Assembly (NCBI GenBank): GCA_040397805.1
Contig: JBBAVG010000011.1
Span: 2,247 to 66,246, forward strand
Length of the DNA: 64,000 nucleotides
Direction: 5' to 3'
DNA from: Phycisphaerales bacterium
GTDB taxonomy: Bacteria; Planctomycetota; Phycisphaerae; Phycisphaerales; UBA1924
In this document: piece by piece, positions 21,324 through 30,910 of the stretch
Position numbering within the stretch: the stretch's first letter is position 1
Layout: the number at the start of each line of letters is the position of its first letter
Notes under the pieces: model-generated
The model's input: only the letters and a program-made list of their open reading frames with translations
What the model was told of the DNA's origin: nothing
The model's database searches: none
Made by a program: the position numbers and the translations under genes

Positions 21324-22324
21324 TCGCGTTGGCCATCGCCGCGGGCTGCCTGGCCGTCGCCGTCGTCGGCGAGCGGCTCCACGCCGCCCGCGTGGCCCGC
21401 GTGGCGAGGCTGGCCTTCGGACCCACCGGCGAGCCTGCGGCTTGGACGATGCTCGCGCCGGCGGCGAGGTGCGTGGGCGTCTTCCTGCTGGCGTGGGGAA
21501 GCGTGACGCTGGCGATGCACGACCCGGTGGAGGCGGAGGTGACGCCGGACGCCAAGGCGTCGCGGCAACTGCTGGTGTGCCTCGACGTGTCGCCGAGCAT
21601 GCAGGTGGCCGACGCGGGGCCGGACGCCGAGAAGGTGACCCGTGCCGCGTGGGCGGGGAAGGTGTTCCGGGGGATCCTCGACCGGATCGACATGAAGACC
21701 ACCCGCATCACGCTGGTGGTGTTCTACTCCAAGGCGTTGGTGGTGCTGGAGCAGACGACCGACAAGAACGTCATCGCCAACATGCTCGACGGCCTGCCGA
21801 TGCACGTGGGGTTCGACGCTGGGCCGACGGACATGGCGGCGGGCCTTCGCGAGTGCATGCGACTGGCCAAGCCGTGGGACCGCAAGACGGCCACGCTGGT
21901 GGTCATCGGCGACGGCGACGTGGAGCAGGGCGCGGCGTCGATCGGTTCGCTCGCGTTGCCGCCCTCGATCGCCGACACGATCGTCATCGGCGTGGGCGAC
22001 CCCTCGCGAGCGACGCTGGTGTCGGGCCACTCCTCGCGTCAGGACGCGTGGACGCTCAAGCAGGTGGCGGCGAAGTTCGGGGGCATCTACCACGACGGCA
22101 ACCGCCTGCACCTTCCTTCGTCCGTGCTCGACGGCCTGACGATGCTCTCGCCCCGCAGCGGGTGGACACTTGGCCTTCGCGAGGCCGCGCTGCTGGCGAC
22201 GGCCGTCGGGGCGGCGATGGTGGCGGGCATCGGGCCGCTGCTGGCCGCCTTCGGCACGCCCGGCGGGTTCGCGGCCCAGCGTCGGCGGGTGCGGGGTCGC
22301 GAGGCCCAGGAGGCGGCGACGTGA
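21317..22324 (+). CDS. VWA domain-containing membrane protein (BatB-like)
   Basis: Two N-terminal TM segments, the MIDAS motif VCLDVSPSM, and VVIGDGD. It has an ATGGTGA overlap with the previous gene. Confidence 0.8.
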   Translation: MVIALAIAAGCLAVAVVGERLHAARVARVARLAFGPTGEPAAWTMLAPAARCVGVFLLAWGSVTLAMHDPVEAEVTPDAKASRQLLVCLDVSPSMQVADAGPDAEKVTRAAWAGKVFRGILDRIDMKTTRITLVVFYSKALVVLEQTTDKNVIANMLDGLPMHVGFDAGPTDMAAGLRECMRLAKPWDRKTATLVVIGDGDVEQGAASIGSLALPPSIADTIVIGVGDPSRATLVSGHSSRQDAWTLKQVAAKFGGIYHDGNRLHLPSSVLDGLTMLSPRSGWTLGLREAALLATAVGAAMVAGIGPLLAAFGTPGGFAAQRRRVRGREAQEAAT

Positions 22325-23190
22325 CCAACCGGCGTGCCAATGCGTTCCGTGGTCGCTTGCTCTGGTCGGCGTGGGCGTTGGTGCCCGTGGCGATGGTGGC
22401 CTTCCACTTCGGGCCCGGGCAGGCGGCATGGCAGCGGGAGCGTGCCGCGACGCAGGTGGTCGAAGCGATGCGATTGCACGGCGTGGCGGAAGCGGCCCAG
22501 GACAAGGCCTTCGAAGCGCACCTGGCGACGCTGGCGGCGATGGCGACGGCGACCGGCGACGAGGCGGGCAAGGCGGCGCTCTCGCGGCATCGCGAGGCCG
22601 AAGCCGCGGCTCGAACGGAGGCCGAGGCGGCGTGGGGACGCGTGGCCGAGGCGTTGGCCTCGCCCATCGACGCGCTGAAGCGATCGGACGCGGCTCGCGC
22701 GGATCGCGCACGCTGGCTCCGCGGGCGAGCGCTGGTGCGGGCGGGCCGAATCGAGTCGGGGATCGACGAACTGCAGTCGCTGCTCGACGAGTCGGCGGGA
22801 CGACCGGGCTCCGAATCGCTTGCACGCGACGCGCGGGAGGACCTCGCGACCGGGCAGTACTACAAGGCTCGCCTGCTTCGCCTGAGCGGCGCGCCCGCGG
22901 CGGAGTGGAGGGCGCAGGCGACCAGCGCGAGGCAGCACTTCAGGCTGCTCGCCGAGCGAGCGGTCGCCACCGACCAAGCCGGCGAGGCCGACCTGCAACG
23001 CAACGTCGAACTCGTGCTCAATCTCGAGCAGAGTTCGCTGGAGGACTTGCAGGCCAAGCCCAGGCCCAAGTACGAACCCCCGGGCAACCGCGAGGGAAAC
23101 AGGCCCGGCAAGGGCAAGTCGCCCCGTCCGCCCCGCAAGGGCGACGACCGGGGCGCGGGGGCGGCGGGAGACATCGGTCCGGGGTGGTGA
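22321..23190 (+). CDS. hypothetical TM-anchored helical protein (BatC position)
   Basis: Starts at a GTGA overlap. It has one N-terminal TM (LLWSAWALVPVAMVAF), an Ala/Glu-rich helical body and a Lys/Arg/Pro tail. Confidence 0.5.
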   Translation: MTNRRANAFRGRLLWSAWALVPVAMVAFHFGPGQAAWQRERAATQVVEAMRLHGVAEAAQDKAFEAHLATLAAMATATGDEAGKAALSRHREAEAAARTEAEAAWGRVAEALASPIDALKRSDAARADRARWLRGRALVRAGRIESGIDELQSLLDESAGRPGSESLARDAREDLATGQYYKARLLRLSGAPAAEWRAQATSARQHFRLLAERAVATDQAGEADLQRNVELVLNLEQSSLEDLQAKPRPKYEPPGNREGNRPGKGKSPRPPRKGDDRGAGAAGDIGPGW

Positions 23191-23256
23191 ACGGCTGCAG
23201 GAGCGGCCACACGAGCGGCCAGACTGGCGGCGCACGAACGCGGCAGGAGCACAGGC

Positions 23257-26200
23257 ATGAAGGCGACCAACGACATGACGAACACGAGCGGCACGCGGCG
23301 GGCGACAGGATGGTCGTGCGCGTGCCTCTTGCTGCTGGCGGGGCAGGCGACGGCGCAGCCGGGTGGCCAGCCGCCGATGATCCGGGCCATCCCGATCGTG
23401 CGGATGCCCGCGGCCCAGCCGCCCGAGCCGCCCGAGGAGAGCGCCAAGGCGGGCGACGGCGAGTCGCCGGACGCCCCGGAAGGGGCCGGCAAGCCTGACG
23501 CCCAGAAAGAGGCGAGCGTCGCGCTGCCGCCGGAGGAGGTCGCGGAACTGAAGGCGGCGTGGGAAGCGGCCTCACCGGAGGAGCAGACGGAACTGCGGGC
23601 CTATTACGCCGACCTCGGCGTCGACGTCGACAAGGCGCTGGGGCTTGATGCCGCGAAGGGTGAGGCCCAGGCCCGCGCCATGGAACTGCAGGGCGCGATG
23701 CGGGAGATGGAGTTCGCCCGCACGCCTCAGGCGGTGCTGGCGGCGAGGTCGAAGCTGGCCTTCGGGCAGGTGCCGCAGCCCAACGCGGCGTCGGCGAGCC
23801 CGATGGACGTGGCGAGGTGGGTGCACCTGCAGGCGATGGCGGGCGAGTGGGGCGTGCTGGGCGAGTGGCTGCGTCAGCGTCCGGAGGCCGAGGCGCAGGG
23901 CATCTACTCGACGATCCTGCAGGGCATGAACCGGGGCGACGCGGGGCTCTTGCCCGAGGAGGTGGTGTCGCTCTCGGAAGCCGCACCGGGCGACCTCAAG
24001 CCGTGGCAACTGGCGACGCTCTCGGGCATCCTCAAGAAGAGCGTGTCGCAGGCGGGGACGGCGAAGCTGCTGGCCTTGCTCAAGACGGGCACGAGGTTCT
24101 TCGGCGAGACGACGCCCGAGCATCGGTCCCGCACCGTGGAGTTTCTCGCGGGCGCGGACCTCATGCTCGAGGCGTACGCGTATCTGCCATCGCTGGAAGA
24201 GGCGACGGCGGCGGGCGACGCGGGCGTGCTGATGGTGCACGCGGGGTACAAGATGGCCCTGGCCGAGCGCGAGGCCGAGCGGGCCGAGCGGCTGCGGCTC
24301 GAGGCGTGGGAGCTGTACTCGAAGGTGTCGACGCTCGATCGGGCGGCGGCCAAGACGCGGCGCGAGGCGATCGATCGCGGGCTTTCGCTGCTGACCAGCG
24401 TGCCGCGGGCGAGGATCACGCCGTGGCTGGAGACGCTCTTCGCGGATCAGGCCCTGGGCCCGGCCGCGCTCGAGTTGATGGCGCTGAAGGCGGCGGCGAT
24501 CGGCGATGAGAAACAATCGGAGCAGCAGCGGGCCGAGGCGATCCTGACGCTCAAGGAGGCGGCGGACGTGCTGCTGGCCCGCACGACGGCGGAGAACGAG
24601 TCGCTGCGGGTGCCCTTGCGGATGATGACCGCCGCGCTCTTGACGGAGATGGAGAATGCCGTGAAGGCCAAGGGCCGTCAGCAGGCCCTGACCCGCGAGG
24701 CGCAGGTGCTGCTGCGGGCGGTGCCGGGGCGGCGGTGGCTCGACGCGCTCGAGCCCAGCATGGCGGCACGGGCCGCCAAGGCGTGCATCGCGCTGGCGAC
24801 CGTGGCCGACGAGACGGACATGGCGCTGACCATGCTCGCCGACGCGTCCACGCGGACGCCCGAAGCCGCGGCGGCGATCGCGGACGACTTCCTCACGCAC
24901 TGGCAGTCCCGGCTCAGCCCGGCGGGCGACATGGAGGACGAGCAGCGGCTGTTCTTCTTCTATCGGGAGGCGATCCCCGCGGCCCCACTGACCCGCGGGC
25001 GTCAACGCCGCAACCTCGAGCGGTTGCAGACGGTGATGAGCACGATCGCGGCGACGGGCGTCGATCCGCGGACGCTGCCGTCGATCGCGTCGGCCTTCAA
25101 GGCGTGCCACGGGCGGTCCGAGGTCTTCGAGCGAGACGAGATCGTCCGCATCTTCGGCCCGCTGGAGGCGATGCCCGCGACCACCGCGGTGTCGCTGGCC
25201 GGGACGATGGCGGCGAACCTCAACGGCGACTGGCGGAACCGCGCGGCCCAGCAGGAGACGGGCACCAAGCGGTCCGACAACGAGATCGCGGCGCTCGTGG
25301 ACAAGGGGTACGGCGTCGCGATGGAGTTGGCGGAGGCGGCGTCGGCCCGGGAGCCCAACTCGTGGCGGGTGGCCGCCCTGCGGGCGGGGTTGGCCTTCGA
25401 CCGCATGCAGTTCCGCAACGCGCAGAAGAAGGCCGACGCGGCCTCGCTCAACGACGCGCGGAAGGCGGCCTTCGAGGCCTTCGAGGCCGCGGCGGGGGTG
25501 TACGCCGCGGCGTTGGCGCGAGGCGAGGAGCGGGAGGATGCTCGCGTCTTCACCGTCTGGTTCGGCGCGGCGTTGGGCACGCCCCAGCTCAACTTCGTGA
25601 ACGTGGAGGAACTGCCGACGGAGGGCTCGATCGGCGACGACCAGATCGAGCGGATCCGAAAGGCCATCAACGCGATGGAGCCCGACGCGACCTTTCGCCA
25701 CCTGAGCGACTTCGCCTCGGACGTGAGCGAGGCGGTGATGCGGTCGGACCCCGAGGTCAAGCCGCGGCTGGTCAAGCACGCGCTCCGCATCCTCGGCGAC
25801 CACCCGGCGGGCGCGTCGCTGCGGGCCATGGACGAGCTCTACCGCGACCTGGTGAAGGAGGAGATTCGCCTGCGGCTCACCGTCGACGGGCCCGATCGCA
25901 TCGGCACGGGCCGGCCCTTCGGCGTGCTGGTGTCGCTGCGGTTCACCAACGCGGTCGATCGCGAGACGGGGGGTTTCGCCAAGTACCTGCAGAACAACGT
26001 GTGGGGCCGCGTGGGACGCGACTTCCGCGAGATCAACTATCGCGACCGTTTCCAGAAGGAGATCGAATCGTCGCTGGGCAAGGGCTTCACCATCGAGGCG
26101 GTGGGCTTCTTCGATCCGTTCATGCCCGCTCGTGGCGTGGTGGAACAGGAACAGGGCGGCTGGCTCGAGAAGCCCATGGCCTACGTGGTGCTCAGCCGCA

Positions 26201-27132
26201 AGGAGGCCGCGGTCGATCGCATTCCGCCGGTGACGATGGACATGCAGTTCGACGACCAAAGCGGACCGGTGACGCTGGCGTTGCCGTCGAACGCCGTGCC
26301 CGTGGCCACCGGCGAGGACCACCCGCAGCGACCCACGCTTGAGACCAAGGTGGAGCAGGTGATCGACGTGCGCAACGCCCGCACTGGCGACAAGGGGGGC
26401 GCAATCACCATGGAGGTCCGTATCCGGGGCAAGGGCGTGGTGCCCGACCTCCGCGACGCGCTGGAAGGCATCGATACCGCCATCGCCGGCTACGAGATCG
26501 GCGACAAGGGCATCGAGACCCGGCCCATCCAGGTCCTGCAGGAAGGCACGGTGTCGAGCGACCGTTTCTTCTTCAGCCGTCCGCAGGCGCCCAAGGGGGG
26601 CTACCCCGAACCCGACGACACGGGCATGTACCGCCTTGACATCGAACGCTCGTGGCTCGTGACCTACACCCCCACCGGCGGCGCTCGCGCCGACGCCTTC
26701 ACCGTGCCGACGCTCAAGGCGGGCGTGGCGGCCGGCGCCGAGGCTCGCCACTACACCGACATGGACCTCCTGCCGGTCGAGGGGGGCGTGGTGCCCGTGC
26801 AGCACCGCTGGACGACCGGGGGCCTGGTGGCAACGGGGCTGGGCGTGGTCGTGTTGGCGGGCGTGGCGGCGTGGGCCGTGCGACGCCGCGGCACGGCGAG
26901 CTCGCCCGCGACGGGGGCCACGCTGGTGCCCGATCGCGTCACGCCGCTGAGCGTGGTGACGGCGCTTCGGCTGCTCCGCGAGACGCGTCGCGACCTCGAC
27001 TCGGCGACGCTCAAGGCGTTGACGGAGGAAATCACGTCGTTGGAGCGGATGCACTTCGGCCCCGGCGCGGCGGGAGGCACGGGCGACCTGGACACGGTGC
27101 TGGAGCGGTGGCGAGGGCGACTGGGAGGGTGA
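23257..27132 (+). CDS. 1291-aa secreted, C-terminally membrane-anchored protein (long helical N-half, BatD-like beta-rich C-half)
   Basis: Signal peptide (WSCACLLLLAGQATAQ). About 840 aa are helical. Beta-rich units then begin at LRLTVDGPDRIGTGRPFGVLVSLRFTN. There is a TM helix (GGLVATGLGVVVLAGVAAWAV RRRG) near the C-terminus. The BatD similarity is my recollection, not a search result. Confidence 0.6.
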   Translation: MKATNDMTNTSGTRRATGWSCACLLLLAGQATAQPGGQPPMIRAIPIVRMPAAQPPEPPEESAKAGDGESPDAPEGAGKPDAQKEASVALPPEEVAELKAAWEAASPEEQTELRAYYADLGVDVDKALGLDAAKGEAQARAMELQGAMREMEFARTPQAVLAARSKLAFGQVPQPNAASASPMDVARWVHLQAMAGEWGVLGEWLRQRPEAEAQGIYSTILQGMNRGDAGLLPEEVVSLSEAAPGDLKPWQLATLSGILKKSVSQAGTAKLLALLKTGTRFFGETTPEHRSRTVEFLAGADLMLEAYAYLPSLEEATAAGDAGVLMVHAGYKMALAEREAERAERLRLEAWELYSKVSTLDRAAAKTRREAIDRGLSLLTSVPRARITPWLETLFADQALGPAALELMALKAAAIGDEKQSEQQRAEAILTLKEAADVLLARTTAENESLRVPLRMMTAALLTEMENAVKAKGRQQALTREAQVLLRAVPGRRWLDALEPSMAARAAKACIALATVADETDMALTMLADASTRTPEAAAAIADDFLTHWQSRLSPAGDMEDEQRLFFFYREAIPAAPLTRGRQRRNLERLQTVMSTIAATGVDPRTLPSIASAFKACHGRSEVFERDEIVRIFGPLEAMPATTAVSLAGTMAANLNGDWRNRAAQQETGTKRSDNEIAALVDKGYGVAMELAEAASAREPNSWRVAALRAGLAFDRMQFRNAQKKADAASLNDARKAAFEAFEAAAGVYAAALARGEEREDARVFTVWFGAALGTPQLNFVNVEELPTEGSIGDDQIERIRKAINAMEPDATFRHLSDFASDVSEAVMRSDPEVKPRLVKHALRILGDHPAGASLRAMDELYRDLVKEEIRLRLTVDGPDRIGTGRPFGVLVSLRFTNAVDRETGGFAKYLQNNVWGRVGRDFREINYRDRFQKEIESSLGKGFTIEAVGFFDPFMPARGVVEQEQGGWLEKPMAYVVLSRKEAAVDRIPPVTMDMQFDDQSGPVTLALPSNAVPVATGEDHPQRPTLETKVEQVIDVRNARTGDKGGAITMEVRIRGKGVVPDLRDALEGIDTAIAGYEIGDKGIETRPIQVLQEGTVSSDRFFFSRPQAPKGGYPEPDDTGMYRLDIERSWLVTYTPTGGARADAFTVPTLKAGVAAGAEARHYTDMDLLPVEGGVVPVQHRWTTGGLVATGLGVVVLAGVAAWAVRRRGTASSPATGATLVPDRVTPLSVVTALRLLRETRRDLDSATLKALTEEITSLERMHFGPGAAGGTGDLDTVLERWRGRLGG

Positions 27133-27159
27133 GGCGGGACGCCGCGTCGATTCGTCGCG

Positions 27160-27327
27160 TCAGCAGCCGCCCGCTTCCCAGTACAGGAAGAAGGTCGTGA
27201 CGTCCTCGCCGTCGATGCCGCCGTCGGCGTTGACGTCGGCGATCATCTCGCCTGCTTCCCACGCGGCAAAGAAGGTGGTCATGTCGTCGCCGTCGACGCC
27301 GCCGTCCTGGTTGAAGTCGGCGGGGCA
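27160..27327 (-). repeat. coding repeat: 55-aa Cys..Cys twin-loop dockerin-like module, copy 1
   Basis: Shares the DNA and protein pattern with the copies at 32072, 44129, 48249 and 50007 (tcagcagccgcccgc...gccgtcga.gccgccgtc). Confidence 0.8.
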
Positions 27328-28137
27328 TTGGCCCGCGGCTTCGCCGTTGAGGATGAAGGCGACATCCTGGGGCACCGCCACGGAGAGCATGGACTTGCCG
27401 GGGTCGACGACGGGCACCCACGCGTCGACGAGTCCGTCGGGCACGAGGGCCATGGCGTTGTCGTCGGCGTGCGAGCGCGACCCGGCTCGCGTCACGGGGA
27501 CGATCCAGGCCTGCATCGACGGATCGACGCACTGCACCTGCACGTCGAGCCAGTAGGTGGCGGGCATGTACGTGTACCCGCCCAGGTCGAGGTCGAGGGC
27601 CCAGATTCGCCGCGAGGCGTCCGGGGGCGTCACGAAGTTCGTCGGCGCCAGCGGGCGTGTGCTGAAGATCCGGATGGCGGTGGTCGGGGCGGCGGCGAGC
27701 AGCCGATTCCGCACGGCGTCGCCGTAGAAGACGTGTGTCTCGGCGGCGGCGGGGTTGGCGTCCCACAAGCGGAGCGTCGCGCCGGAGAAGGGCGAAGCGC
27801 CCGAGGGCACCGCGCCGTTGACGTACACGAAGATCGTGACGGAGGAGAGTCGCCAGCCGTGCTCGTGAGTGATGGTGAAGTCGTCGGCGACGCGGAAGGA
27901 GCCGCCGATGGCGCCGGGGTCGGGAGAGACGTTGAGCCCGGCGAGCAGGTTGACGTCGCCGGGCGAACTGGCGACCTCGGCGTAGACGCGTCCGGCGGGC
28001 GCGGGCGTGCCGGCGAAGGCGTGCGAGGCCACGGCGAACGCGGGCGTCGCGGGATCGTCGCTTTGGTTGCTCCAGATGGGCTGGGCGAGGGCGACCGGCG
28101 CGAGCGCCGCGAGGAGGATGGAGGCGACCGGGCTCAT
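27160..28137 (-). CDS. secreted protein of unknown function with C-terminal GC-type dockerin-like module
   Basis: Signal peptide MSPVASILLAALAPVALAQP. It ends CPADFNQDGGVDGDDMTTFFAAWEAGEMIADVNADGGIDGEDVTTFFLYWEAGGC. It has an ATGA overlap with the DUF1501 gene. Confidence 0.75.
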   Translation of the reverse strand: MSPVASILLAALAPVALAQPIWSNQSDDPATPAFAVASHAFAGTPAPAGRVYAEVASSPGDVNLLAGLNVSPDPGAIGGSFRVADDFTITHEHGWRLSSVTIFVYVNGAVPSGASPFSGATLRLWDANPAAAETHVFYGDAVRNRLLAAAPTTAIRIFSTRPLAPTNFVTPPDASRRIWALDLDLGGYTYMPATYWLDVQVQCVDPSMQAWIVPVTRAGSRSHADDNAMALVPDGLVDAWVPVVDPGKSMLSVAVPQDVAFILNGEAAGQCPADFNQDGGVDGDDMTTFFAAWEAGEMIADVNADGGIDGEDVTTFFLYWEAGGC

Positions 28138-29426
28138 GCCAACACCCCGCGGTGGACGGGCGCGTAGCCGGGGAAGATGGAGGCGATGTTCGGATTGCCC
28201 AGACGCTGCTCGATGATCTCGGCCAGCACGTCGCGGTAGTCGATGGTGACTTGCAGGTCGGCGTAGTCGTAGAGGTTCTCGGTGGCGAGGCCCTGCCAGT
28301 GGCGGAGCACGCGGCCGCCGCCGACGGCGGGGCCCATGAGCATCATGGCGTTGCCGTGGCCGTGGTCGGTGCCCAGGCTGCCGTTCTCGAAGACGCGGCG
28401 GCCGAACTCGGAGACCACGGCGACGATGTAGCCGGGGCTGGAGCCGGCGGACATGTCCTGGTGGAAGGCGGCGAGCGCGGAGGAGAGGCGGTTCATGAGC
28501 ACGGCCATCGTGCCGCTGACGGGCCCCTGCGCCGAGTGGGTGTCCCACCCTTGCACGTCGATGGCGACGGCTTCGACGCCGATCTGCGCCTTGATGAGGG
28601 CGGCGGAGGTCTTGAGGGCGTAGCCCAGCGACTCGGCGGCGTTGTACTGCGCGCCGTTGGCGGGCTGGTAGGTCGAGAAGCCGATCTGGTCGAGCAGGCC
28701 GACGGTGGCGAGGGTGGTCGAGGCGGTGGCGCGGAGCGGGTCGGCGACGGTGGCGTACATGTCGCGGAGCGCGTTGGTGCGGGCCGTCTTGGTGGCGGGG
28801 TTGCCCAGGAGCCCGAAGTTGGCAAGGTCGGGAATGGGGAGCGTGTGGGGGCCACCCTCGAGCACGCGTTGGAGGCCGGTGCTGATGCCCACGGCCCGCA
28901 ACATGGCGGCCGGGTCGGCGGGCGCGACGCTCGCGAGGTGGCGACCGAGCCAGCCGGTGAGGGAGGTGTCGCTGGAGACCTGCCCCACTTCCATGAACCG
29001 CTGGGCGTCGAAGTGCGAGCGGGACGGATCGGGCGAGCCGCAGGCGTGGACGAAGAGCAGGTCGCCCGCGAGGTAGGCGGGCAGAAGGGCCGACATCGCG
29101 GGGGAGAGCCCGAAGAAGCCGTCGAGGTCGATGCAGCGAGCGGCCGCGCCGCTGTCGGGGCGAGGAATGGCCAGCGACGGCCGCGCGAGGTAGTAGTCGT
29201 CGTCGCCCCAGGGAACGCACATCGAGAGCCCGTCGGCTGCGCCGCGGAGGTAGATCCACACGATGGTGTCGCGGAGCGTGGAGCGATAGTCGCGGGCCAC
29301 GGCCACGCGGGGCAGCCATGAGGTCAGGGCGGCCAGACCGGCGAGCGAGCCCGCGCCGGCCTGCAGGAACCCGCGCCGGGACAACTCGGCGTATTCGGGG
29401 CAGCATTTCGCGGGGATGGGTTCCAT
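28134..29426 (-). CDS. DUF1501 domain-containing protein (sulfatase/alkaline-phosphatase-like) with Tat signal
   Basis: LSRRGFLQAGAGSLAGLAAL twin-arginine signal and SEFGRRVFENGSLGTDHGHGNAMMLMG, the DUF1501 C-terminal signature. Confidence 0.85.
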   Translation of the reverse strand: MEPIPAKCCPEYAELSRRGFLQAGAGSLAGLAALTSWLPRVAVARDYRSTLRDTIVWIYLRGAADGLSMCVPWGDDDYYLARPSLAIPRPDSGAAARCIDLDGFFGLSPAMSALLPAYLAGDLLFVHACGSPDPSRSHFDAQRFMEVGQVSSDTSLTGWLGRHLASVAPADPAAMLRAVGISTGLQRVLEGGPHTLPIPDLANFGLLGNPATKTARTNALRDMYATVADPLRATASTTLATVGLLDQIGFSTYQPANGAQYNAAESLGYALKTSAALIKAQIGVEAVAIDVQGWDTHSAQGPVSGTMAVLMNRLSSALAAFHQDMSAGSSPGYIVAVVSEFGRRVFENGSLGTDHGHGNAMMLMGPAVGGGRVLRHWQGLATENLYDYADLQVTIDYRDVLAEIIEQRLGNPNIASIFPGYAPVHRGVLA

Positions 29427-29449
29427 GGGAAGGTCCGGGGCGGAAGCGT

Positions 29450-30910
29450 TCAATACCACTGGAAGGCGGGGGAGGCCGCCGCGAGGCCCAAGGCCTCGGC
29501 GCGGACCGAGGCGGACGACGGATCGATCGCGAGATAGTCTCGCACGCGGTTGCGTTCGAAGGGGGGCATCTCGTGGCCGAACATGGCGGCGTCGATCCGC
29601 GAGGCCATCTGCTCGGCGGTCGAGAGCCCCGCGAAGAACGCGGCGGGATCCGGCGTGATGCCGGAGATCGCGTTGTTCATCATCTGTGCGGCGAAGTTCC
29701 ACCGAGGCAGCGCGAGGCCCGACCAGAAGTCGACGCGGTCGGGATATCCGTCGGGGTTGGGCCAGTTGAAGTTGAGGTGGCCCGCGATGCGGAGTTGGGC
29801 TCGCATGCCGCCGGTGGAGACGATCTGGCTGCCCGTGGCGCGAATGGCCGACGCGTACAGGTGGAAAGGACGCTTGAACCGGGGCGTCGCCACCGCCATG
29901 TGCTGCGGCGCGAGGATGCAACGCATGACCTCGCGAATGTCGCCGTCGGTGGCCGTGAAGCGGGCCGCGGCCGCTCTGGTCACCGACTCGGGCACGCCCT
30001 CGCCAAGGAATCTCCGACAGAGCTTGCGGCTCACGAACCGGGCGGTGCTCGGATGGTCGGCGAGGATTCGCAACACCGTCAGGCCGTCGTTGACGCCGCC
30101 GCCCGCGGGGATGTCATGCCCGAGCACTCGCTTGGCGCTGTTGTCGTGCAGGGAGGCGTTGAACCGGAAGATGCCCGCGAGCGACCCGGCGGTGTCGGGG
30201 GTGAACTGCCAACCGGTGAAGCAGCGGGCCACCTCTCCCACGTCCGCCTCGGTGTACCCGCCGTCGACGCCGATGGTGTGGAGTTCCATCAGTTCTCGCG
30301 AGTAGTTGAGGTTGGGGTTGCCCGCGATCGACAGGTGATTGTCGAGGAAGTAGAGCATTGCGGGGCTCATGGCCGACGCCGCGAGCAGGTCGCCGAACTT
30401 CCCCAGGGCGTTGGACCTGACCACCTCACGGTCGTCGACGATCTTCAGCCACGCGCACGCGTCCTTGTTGACGTCGATGTTGAAGTGGTCGGTCCAGAAG
30501 TCGACCATCCGCTCGAAGAGCTGACGACGCGAATAGACCGCGCGGAGGATCGCCGCCTCGATGAGTTCGTTGACGACTTGCGCCGATGGCTGCCGGTAGA
30601 TCTCCCAGAAGTTCTTCGTCAGCGACGTGAGGGGCGCGATGCGAGCCAGGCATGACGCGTCGTCGACCGACTCGGGGTTGAGTTGCTGTTCGAGGTATCC
30701 GGCATAGCCCAGCGACGCGGCCGACGCGAGTTCGGGCGCGCTGATGCCGAAGGTGAGTCGCTTCACCAGCCGCACGAGCAGGGCGGATGGATCGACATCG
30801 CCCATGGCGCTGACCGGTCCTGCAACGGTGTCTGCCTTGGCGGCGACGGCGATCGTCGAAAGCACTCCGGCGAGCATGGCGCGTCGCGAGGCGCGAGGCG
30901 ACCGGGCCAT
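29450..30910 (-). CDS. DUF1800 domain-containing protein
   Basis: RRAMLAGVLSTIAVAA signal-like N-terminus, LERMVDFWTDHFN and MLYFLDNHLS, typical DUF1800 motifs. It sits directly upstream of DUF1501, the canonical pairing. Confidence 0.8.
   Translation of the reverse strand: MARSPRASRRAMLAGVLSTIAVAAKADTVAGPVSAMGDVDPSALLVRLVKRLTFGISAPELASAASLGYAGYLEQQLNPESVDDASCLARIAPLTSLTKNFWEIYRQPSAQVVNELIEAAILRAVYSRRQLFERMVDFWTDHFNIDVNKDACAWLKIVDDREVVRSNALGKFGDLLAASAMSPAMLYFLDNHLSIAGNPNLNYSRELMELHTIGVDGGYTEADVGEVARCFTGWQFTPDTAGSLAGIFRFNASLHDNSAKRVLGHDIPAGGGVNDGLTVLRILADHPSTARFVSRKLCRRFLGEGVPESVTRAAAARFTATDGDIREVMRCILAPQHMAVATPRFKRPFHLYASAIRATGSQIVSTGGMRAQLRIAGHLNFNWPNPDGYPDRVDFWSGLALPRWNFAAQMMNNAISGITPDPAAFFAGLSTAEQMASRIDAAMFGHEMPPFERNRVRDYLAIDPSSASVRAEALGLAAASPAFQWY

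Noticed and set aside
23018-23986. 322-aa minus-strand Pro/Arg/Ala-rich ORF, and several overlapping ORFs in 22056..23498.
   Set aside because: Extreme low-complexity composition. They are antisense to the BatC-position gene and to the start of the 1291-aa gene, with no signal peptide or motifs.
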